This document shows, piece by piece, positions 57,698 to 64,000 of a stretch of DNA of 64,000 nt. The stretch's first letter is position 1. Each line of letters begins with the position of its first letter. Location: contig OX638340.1 in NCBI GenBank assembly GCA_951812955.1, positions 2,240,001 to 2,304,000 on the forward strand. The letters are read 5' to 3'. A program made the translations under genes and the position numbers. The notes under the pieces are model-generated. The model saw nothing but the letters and a program-made list of their open reading frames with translations, did no database searches and had not been told where the DNA came from. Source of the stretch: an uncultured Gemmatimonadota bacterium. GTDB lineage: Bacteria; JAAXHH01.

Positions 57698-57871
57698 AGC
57701 AGCGCATGGATTCATTGCCACATAGGCGCATTGAGGCGTCGCATCAGCACATTGCCGCAAAGATGCATTGGAGCGCCGCGTAAACTCATTGTCGAACAGG
57801 CGCAATGAAGCGGCGCATAGATTTACTGCCGCAAAAGCGTATCGAAAACCAACCACGGAGACTTAACACCC

Positions 57872-58987
57872 ATGCACGACCCACGATATGGTGACCTGGC
57901 GAAGGTGCTTACCGGACACTCGACGAAGATCCAGCCGGGAGACCGGGTACTCATCGAGGCCTTCGACGTGCCCGATGAAATGGTTATCTCGCTCATCCGG
58001 ACGATCCGGGAAGCGGGCGGCGTTCCGCTGGTCTCCATCAAGCACCAGCGCGTCATGCGGGAACTGGTCCATGCCGGGGACGAGGCCGCGATGGAAGCCG
58101 CCGGCGCCTTTGAATCCCATCGCATGGAGCGGGTGCAGGCCTACATGGCCCTGCGCGGCAGCCGGAACGTGATGGAGATGTCGGACGTGCCTGGCGAAGC
58201 CATGCGGCTCTACGAGCAACGCTGGCTCAAGCCCGTGCACTTCGATATCCGCGTGCCAAAGACCCGGTGGGTGGTGCTGCGCTGGCCGACCCCGTCCATG
58301 GCGCAGCAGGCCGGCACGAGCACCGAGGCCTTCGAGGACTTCTTCTTTGACGTGTGCACCCTGGATTATGGGAAGATGGAAAGGGCCCTCGCGCCGCTGA
58401 AGGAGCACATGGACCGCACCGACCGTGTCCGGCTCACAGGTCCGGGTACCGACTTGAGCTTCAGTATAAGGGACATCCCCACCGTCGGATGCTCGGGCGA
58501 CCGTAACATTCCCGACGGCGAGTGCTTTACCGCGCCGGTGCGCGATTCGGTCAATGGCGTCATTACGTTCAACACGCCGACGCTGTATCACGGCGTGACG
58601 TTTACGGACGTGCAGTTGAGATTCGAAGACGGCAAGATAGCGGAGGCGAGCGGCAACCGGACGGAGAAGCTCAACGAGATCTTCGACACCGATGAGGGGG
58701 CGCGCTACATCGGCGAATTCGCCATCGGCTTCAATCCCCACATCACCGCGCCCATGCTGGACATTCTCTTCGACGAGAAGATCGCGGGTTCCTTCCACTT
58801 CACGCCCGGACAGGCCTACGAGGAAGCGGACAACGGCAATCGATCCGCCGTGCACTGGGACATGGTCATGATCCAGACGCCGGAATACGGCGGCGGGACC
58901 ATCGAGTTCGATGGGGAAGTAATCAGGAAAGACGGGATATTCGTCGTTCCGGAACTCGAGGGCCTGAATCCGGAACGATTGAGGTGA
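57872..58987 (+). CDS. Aminopeptidase, peptidase M29 (AmpS/PepS) family
   Basis: [38 protein letters not shown] is typical of the M29 N-terminus. 371 aa. Confidence 0.8.
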   Translation: MHDPRYGDLAKVLTGHSTKIQPGDRVLIEAFDVPDEMVISLIRTIREAGGVPLVSIKHQRVMRELVHAGDEAAMEAAGAFESHRMERVQAYMALRGSRNVMEMSDVPGEAMRLYEQRWLKPVHFDIRVPKTRWVVLRWPTPSMAQQAGTSTEAFEDFFFDVCTLDYGKMERALAPLKEHMDRTDRVRLTGPGTDLSFSIRDIPTVGCSGDRNIPDGECFTAPVRDSVNGVITFNTPTLYHGVTFTDVQLRFEDGKIAEASGNRTEKLNEIFDTDEGARYIGEFAIGFNPHITAPMLDILFDEKIAGSFHFTPGQAYEEADNGNRSAVHWDMVMIQTPEYGGGTIEFDGEVIRKDGIFVVPELEGLNPERLR

Positions 58988-59029
58988 AACAGGCGCGCTA
59001 CGACGACGCGGAGAAGATCGAAGAAAGTC

Positions 59030-61555
59030 CTACTGTTCCAACAGCATGAAGCTGGTCGTCCTGGTTGCGCGCTGCCCGGAATGCCGGTCCTCAAGCGTCA
59101 CCGCGAGCACATACACACCGGCCGTCAGGTCCGTGGTATCGATCGCCGTGTACTCGGCTTCCTCGGACGTATCGCCCTCGCCCTCATACGACAGAACGAC
59201 GGTCTGCAGGTCGCCGGACCGATCAACCGGACGGCCGCCCGTATCCGGCATGCCCTCGGGTTTGATCTCGTAGTAGGTCTGGTAGGAGGTCCGTCCCGCT
59301 TCGTCTCTGTCCAGGTTATAGATCTCGTAATACACGTACACCAACTGGCCCCGCCCATATGCGCGCAACGGATGCGGCACGATGTTCAGCCCTTTCCTGA
59401 CGAACGATCCGGTCTGGTCGGTCGGCGTTATACCGGTAGACATCTTGAGGCCGCTGATCATCAGATCGCGTCCCTGGTAATCGGGGATGGAAACCGGTTT
59501 CCTGTAGACGCCGATGCGCTGGGAGGTTTCATCCTGCATCTCCACGGCCGCCGTGAACTGTCCCGAAGGCACCAGGACATCGACGGCCAGCGTGTAGGCC
59601 GATACCCGGGCCTGTTCGGAGCTTATCATCCGCTTCGGCCGTTCGATGGGACCGAAGCGGAACTTCTGATTAAGCACCGGCTTGTTTACCGTATCGCGCA
59701 GCGTGGCCTGGTTTCTCAGGAAAGTTTCGTTTCCAAGGCCGTCGGTGACGTCTCCGAACTGCCAGACTGGAAGGCTGTAGACCAGTTCCATTACCGTTTT
59801 CTTGCCGTTCCCCCGGAAAGTGGTGATGTCGAAGGCATAGTCCAGGCCGTCGCCTCCGAAATCGTGCTCGTAGTCTTCCGGGCTACGCTCGATCAGCTGT
59901 TCGGCGATCCGCTGGGGATGATGCATTTCCTCCTTCTGAATTTCGTTGAATGCAGCGTTGTTATCGGGTTCCGTGGAGATCATCAGCGTGCGCAGGGGGT
60001 AGTCGAACCGGCCCCCTCCCATCTGGTCGACGAAGAACAATTCCATGTCGTGCGCCGCGTATACCCAGCTCTCCGACCTGTAAGACGGCCCCATCGCCCG
60101 TCTTTGAACGATCCTGGTTTCGTAGTTGACCTCGGATTGATCATTTAATGAAGACTCTTCTGTGGCTACGTTGTCCGCGGTGAGGTTGTTCACGGTCAGA
60201 AGTGATGCAGCGCCGAAGCCCGCGCGATTCTTCGTGTCCTGTTCCAGCTGGACGGACACCTGTCCCCGGTCCACTTTCAAGCGGTAACCGAACTGCCAGT
60301 TCTTTTCGCGAATGGCGTCCACGGCCGGATTGCCGGTGGGCATGTAGATATCTCTTGGGTCCTCGTATGAGCGGAAGAGAAACCGTCGGCGGTCGTCGGG
60401 CTCGCCATAGCGGACGTATATCTCCCCACGACGGTCGTAGGGGAACCGAGCCGAGGAAAAGTGTATACGTGCATACATCACCCGCTTGTAATGTTCGACC
60501 AGGCGTTCGTTCTCGACCGTGGCTGGATTCGGGTCCCGGGCATTCCAGAAGTCCTGCCACAACCTGTCGCGGGCCGGTCCTTTCGCGGCCTCCCAGGCCG
60601 CCAGCTCGTCGGGAGAAGCCACGTGGGCCAGGTCCCAGTAAATCTCCTGTTCCTCGGACTCAAGCCCCTTGATGTAGGTCTCCAGCGACCGCTGCAGCAG
60701 GTCGTACTGTTTCTTCGAACTCATGGACAGCGCTTCGAACTGCGTCAGCATGGTCCGGATCAGGTCGGGCGTGATACCCTCCATCTCCTCCGCCATCTTC
60801 CGGAGCTGTTCTGCGCCCCGCTCGTAATATTCGAACCGGTGACAGATGCCGGCGAATTTCCGAAGCGTCTCGGGATGGTCCGGATTGACCTGGTACTGTC
60901 TCAGGTAATTAGTCAGCGCCTTGATGTAGTCGTCGTAACGGTCCCTGACGCGCTTCCCGTGGTCCGCCAGCTTCAGTTCCTCGTAACAACGGCCGAGTTG
61001 ATAGAATGCGTCCGGATGCTCGGGATCCAATTCTACAGTCCGCTCAAAGTACGCCCGGCCATCCTGATGACTGCCGATCAGCCAGGCGGTATCGACCTGG
61101 TCCATGTACGTCAGGCCCATGATGTACTGGATCTGGGCGTTTTCGGGATCCAGTCTCATGGCGGTGCGCAACGCCTTCCGGGCATCGAGGCGCCGGTGCG
61201 GCATGCGATTGTATACGAGCCCCAGGCCCATATGGCCAGGTGCCCATTTCCTGTCTCTCCTGACCGCGTGCTTGAAGGCCTTGAGCGCTTCTGCGTCCCT
61301 GTTCAGTGCGAACAGGGCCATGCCGAGCCAGTAGTGGCCGGAAGCACTGTTCTTATTATCCAGTACCGCCTGCTGCAACGGAGGCAGCGCTTCACGGTAC
61401 ATGCCCAGTTCGTAGTAGCGTTTGCCTTCTTCAAGCGATGACTGGCTTGCCAGCCCTGCATCCGGCGGCAAGGCGGACTGGGCCTGCGAGCGACCGAATG
61501 GGACCCACACGGTCAGAATCAGTGCGGCGGTTGAAATGAAACGGAGTGTAGTCAT
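59030..61555 (-). CDS. Large secreted TPR-repeat protein with a C-terminal GWxTD-like domain
   Basis: Signal peptide (MTTLRFISTAALILTVWVPFGRSQA), N-terminal TPR repeats, then PYDRRGEIYVRYGEPDDRR (GWxTD-like core). Paralogous to the next gene. Confidence 0.6.
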   Translation of the reverse strand: MTTLRFISTAALILTVWVPFGRSQAQSALPPDAGLASQSSLEEGKRYYELGMYREALPPLQQAVLDNKNSASGHYWLGMALFALNRDAEALKAFKHAVRRDRKWAPGHMGLGLVYNRMPHRRLDARKALRTAMRLDPENAQIQYIMGLTYMDQVDTAWLIGSHQDGRAYFERTVELDPEHPDAFYQLGRCYEELKLADHGKRVRDRYDDYIKALTNYLRQYQVNPDHPETLRKFAGICHRFEYYERGAEQLRKMAEEMEGITPDLIRTMLTQFEALSMSSKKQYDLLQRSLETYIKGLESEEQEIYWDLAHVASPDELAAWEAAKGPARDRLWQDFWNARDPNPATVENERLVEHYKRVMYARIHFSSARFPYDRRGEIYVRYGEPDDRRRFLFRSYEDPRDIYMPTGNPAVDAIREKNWQFGYRLKVDRGQVSVQLEQDTKNRAGFGAASLLTVNNLTADNVATEESSLNDQSEVNYETRIVQRRAMGPSYRSESWVYAAHDMELFFVDQMGGGRFDYPLRTLMISTEPDNNAAFNEIQKEEMHHPQRIAEQLIERSPEDYEHDFGGDGLDYAFDITTFRGNGKKTVMELVYSLPVWQFGDVTDGLGNETFLRNQATLRDTVNKPVLNQKFRFGPIERPKRMISSEQARVSAYTLAVDVLVPSGQFTAAVEMQDETSQRIGVYRKPVSIPDYQGRDLMISGLKMSTGITPTDQTGSFVRKGLNIVPHPLRAYGRGQLVYVYYEIYNLDRDEAGRTSYQTYYEIKPEGMPDTGGRPVDRSGDLQTVVLSYEGEGDTSEEAEYTAIDTTDLTAGVYVLAVTLEDRHSGQRATRTTSFMLLEQ

Positions 61556-61704
61556 GATCTCTATGTGATAAACCGGGTACGGTATGGCCTGCAAGGTACG
61601 GTGTAGCCCGCATGGTACGATATGGCCTGCGAACAAACTGAACCGTCGATCAAAGCGGCTGTTTCCCCACACGTTCGGCGACGCGGGGAAGACCGAAGAA
61701 AGTC

Positions 61705-64000
61705 CTACCGTTCCATGACCAGGAAGTTGGCTGATTTGGAAACGGTACTTCCCGCGTGCAGGTCGGTAAGCCTGACAGTAAGTATATACTCACCCGCCGG
61801 CAGACCCGAAGTATCCAATGAAGTATACTCACGGTCCTCGGCTGAAGACCCTTCTCCCGCGAAGGCCATCATTACCGTCTGCATGTCTCTTTGCCTGCGG
61901 GCCGACCAGCCACGCCTTTCAGTAACCTCCAGGGGGCTGATCTCGTAGTGGAATTCGTACGCTGTTCTCTTCTCCCTGTCCAGGCTGAGGTTGTATATCT
62001 CGCAGTAAACGTAAACGGGGTTTCCCCGAAGGTAGAGCCGTCCCGGATTGGGCGTGATGTTCAATCCCTTGCGCACAAAGGGGCCCTGTACGCCTGTCGG
62101 AGCGATGATGGTGGCCAACTTGAGATCGCTGATGAGTAATTCTTCGCCGCTGTAATCAGACAGGGTGACTGGCTTGCGATACACTCCGATCCGGCTCGTC
62201 GTCTCGTCCTGCACCTGGACCGCCAGCGTGAAGCGTCCCGCCGGCGCCACGACGCTAGCGGGCAACGAATACACCGGGACATTCACTTGGCTTTCGGCCA
62301 TCGGCCCCTTCGGCCGGTCGAAGGGGCCGAAACCGAACTCGTGGGTGAACTGCGGGCTCATGGTCGAATCACGCAGGGTGACCAGGTGCGCGAGCCGGGT
62401 CCTGATCCCTCTGCCGTCCGACACCTCACCGAACTGCCATATGGGTATGCTGTAGGACAGATCCAGTTCCGTTGCACCGTTGTCCGCCCTGAAACTTACG
62501 GCGTCGAAGGCGTACTCGAGCGGCTCTCCGCCGTAGTCGTGCAGGTATTCCTCCGGGGCTTTGGCGATCAGTTCTTTGGCGAGCCGCCGGGGACTGAACC
62601 TTTCCTGCCGGGCCATCGCCTGCGGGTTGGTAAGCAGGTTGCCCTGGGGGTAATCGAATCGGCCCCCGCCGAACTGGTCGACGAAGAACAGTTCCAGGCC
62701 ATGCCGGACGTATACCCAGCTCTCGGTAGTGTATCCCGCACCCATTTCCTTTCTCTCCCTCTGCAGGTCAAAGACCGCGGATGATGCAACGATTCCGTCG
62801 GCCAGCGTTCCGCCAAGGGAGTCCAGTTCTGCTACAGTTACCCCCTCGGGCGGGACGATCGTCAAATTGCCCCGGTCGACACGCAATTGATAGCCAAACC
62901 GGTTATTCTGCTCTCGGATCGCGTCCACTGCCGCGTCATCGGAAATCGTAGCACTTTGATAGGCAATCCGATCTGCGTTATAGACGTTGCCGCGGCGGTC
63001 TTCCGGTTCACCGTAACGGACGTACATCTCGCCGCGGCGGTCATAGGGGTGCTGTCCCTGTGAAAAATGGTACCGGGCATACATTACGCGACGGTAATGC
63101 GCTACGAGGCGTTCGTTGGTCACGGTGGCGGGATTCGAATCCCTGGCATTCCAGAAGGCATGCCAGCGCGCATCGCGTTCGAGTCCGCCGGCTTCCTTCC
63201 AGGACGCCAGCTCGTCAGGAGTAGCCACGTGCGCCAGATCCCGGTAAACGCGCTGTTCGTCAGGGCCAAGAAGGGAAATGTACGTTTCAAAAATCCCATG
63301 CAGCACATCCGGCCGTGATTTCGAGTCTTCGGAAAGCGTGCTGAATTGCGTAAGCAGGGTCTGGACGATAGCTGAACCCGAATCTTCAAGTTCTGCTCCG
63401 GCATGTTCCAGTAACTCAACGGCCAGACCATACCTTTCGGAAAGAAGGGCCAGATAGACGAAACGGCCGAGTGCGTCGTAATGGCCGGGATTTACCTTGA
63501 ACTGCGAGATATATGCCGCCATCGCCTTGTCGAATTCGGGCGACTCGGGCCGTTCAAAACAACGGCCGATCTGAAAATACGCATCGGGATGGGAAGGATC
63601 CAATACCGCCGCTTTGAGGAAATAGTTCCGGCCGTCCCGGCCGCCACCCAGAATCCGGTCGGTCTTTCGCGGATTCATATGGGCGATTCCGATATGGTAC
63701 TGGATTTCCGGGTCGTCAGGCGCCAGCCTGGCCGCCATACGCAAGGCGTGACGCGCGTCCAGTCTTCGGTATTTCAACTGAATGTAGGACTTGCCCAGCC
63801 CCACGTAGCCTAACGCCAACTTCTCGTCCAGTTCGACTGAACGCTTGAACGAACTTACCGCCTTCCGGTATTGCTCCAACCCGTATTGAGCCATGCCGAG
63901 CCAGTAGTGGGCGGGCGCCGAACCCCCATCAGCCTCGACGGCCTGATTAAAGTACGGCAATGCTTCCGCGAACTTTTCCTGGTCGAATAGCGTCCGGCCC
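61705..64000 (-). CDS. Paralogous TPR + GWxTD-like domain protein. The 5' end runs off the window.
   Basis: Shares long conserved blocks with the preceding protein (ATVxNERLVxHY(K/R)RVMYARxHFS, PYDRRGE(I/M)YVRYGEP, ESWVYxxHxxELFFVDQxGGGRFDYP, YYEIYNL). The reading frame is open to position 63999. Confidence 0.6.
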   Translation of the reverse strand, partial: GRTLFDQEKFAEALPYFNQAVEADGGSAPAHYWLGMAQYGLEQYRKAVSSFKRSVELDEKLALGYVGLGKSYIQLKYRRLDARHALRMAARLAPDDPEIQYHIGIAHMNPRKTDRILGGGRDGRNYFLKAAVLDPSHPDAYFQIGRCFERPESPEFDKAMAAYISQFKVNPGHYDALGRFVYLALLSERYGLAVELLEHAGAELEDSGSAIVQTLLTQFSTLSEDSKSRPDVLHGIFETYISLLGPDEQRVYRDLAHVATPDELASWKEAGGLERDARWHAFWNARDSNPATVTNERLVAHYRRVMYARYHFSQGQHPYDRRGEMYVRYGEPEDRRGNVYNADRIAYQSATISDDAAVDAIREQNNRFGYQLRVDRGNLTIVPPEGVTVAELDSLGGTLADGIVASSAVFDLQRERKEMGAGYTTESWVYVRHGLELFFVDQFGGGRFDYPQGNLLTNPQAMARQERFSPRRLAKELIAKAPEEYLHDYGGEPLEYAFDAVSFRADNGATELDLSYSIPIWQFGEVSDGRGIRTRLAHLVTLRDSTMSPQFTHEFGFGPFDRPKGPMAESQVNVPVYSLPASVVAPAGRFTLAVQVQDETTSRIGVYRKPVTLSDYSGEELLISDLKLATIIAPTGVQGPFVRKGLNITPNPGRLYLRGNPVYVYCEIYNLSLDREKRTAYEFHYEISPLEVTERRGWSARRQRDMQTVMMAFAGEGSSAEDREYTSLDTSGLPAGEYILTVRLTDLHAGSTVSKSANFLVMER

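Noticed and set aside
57700-57870. Cluster of short cattg/gcgcaatg-containing words upstream of the M29 aminopeptidase
   Set aside because: These are only loose, short, imperfect repeats (ttgccgcaaag and ctgccgcaaaag), with no clear dyad or periodicity. They could be chance in a 170-bp AT-poor spacer, so they are not reported as a feature.
1-64000. Searched for CRISPR arrays, rRNA, tRNA and integrase/transposase genes
   Set aside because: There are no regularly spaced repeat-spacer arrays. All tandem repeats found are contiguous duplications without spacers. No rRNA-like or cloverleaf-like segments were recognised by eye. No integrase, transposase or IS terminal inverted repeats were found, so the defense island has no visible mobility gene in this window.

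Overview
This is a high-GC (about 60-65%) bacterial chromosomal segment carrying about 50 genes and two or three lower-GC patches that look horizontally acquired. By position:

- **1-2050:** two sugar-type ABC permeases.
- **2100-11140:** an oxygenase-rich neighbourhood. A clear Asp/Asn beta-hydroxylase (AspH/CinX-like) homolog sits directly downstream of, and on the same strand as, an extraordinary lipoprotein built from about 250 residues of Gly-Asp dipeptide repeats ending in a poly-Asp tail; the tract is roughly 830 bp of period-6 DNA repeat. Nearby are an adrenodoxin-type 2Fe-2S ferredoxin, an NAD epimerase, P5C dehydrogenase, an IPNS-like 2OG oxygenase and a PhyH-family dioxygenase.
- **11140-18800:** a defense island. 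A lower-GC insert carries a small ORF plus PIN protein, a lone HsdR_N-like PD-(D/E)xK nuclease, and McrB (AAA+ GTPase with a long unfamiliar N-terminal region) with McrC. Two tandem HNH_2-type endonucleases with distinct N-terminal putative reader domains follow immediately.
- **19360-27800:** housekeeping and membrane genes: a beta-propeller-like hypothetical, DedA, DUF547, TlpA, flavin reductase, MutS and NUDIX.
- **27860-34330:** a cusCBA-type RND heavy-metal efflux operon preceded by a Cys/His-rich secreted ORF.
- **34479-37181:** a VapC-Phd pair in reversed order and two tandem MarR paralogs separated by a repeat-rich spacer.
- **37224-44049:** ROK glucokinase, iPGM, DegP and Lon.
- **44831-47607:** a cytochrome c'-like lipoprotein, a two-domain VOC lipoprotein and an Eis-like GNAT.
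- **47700-48700:** a low-GC toxin-antitoxin micro-island with a frameshifted MazE/AbrB-like antitoxin and hicBA.
- **48840-64000:** a LivJ-like binding protein, DUF1330, a beta-lactamase-fold protein with an altered SxxK motif, an FtsX permease, a glycoside-hydrolase-like protein, an M29 aminopeptidase and two tandem paralogous TPR plus GWxTD-like secreted proteins.

Three genes carry short tandem duplications of their own termini (lon 3' end, cytochrome 3' end, NUDIX 5' end). No rRNA, tRNA or CRISPR array was recognised. The most likely novel system is the AspH-homolog / poly(Gly-Asp) lipoprotein pair, with its oxygenase and ferredoxin neighbours.
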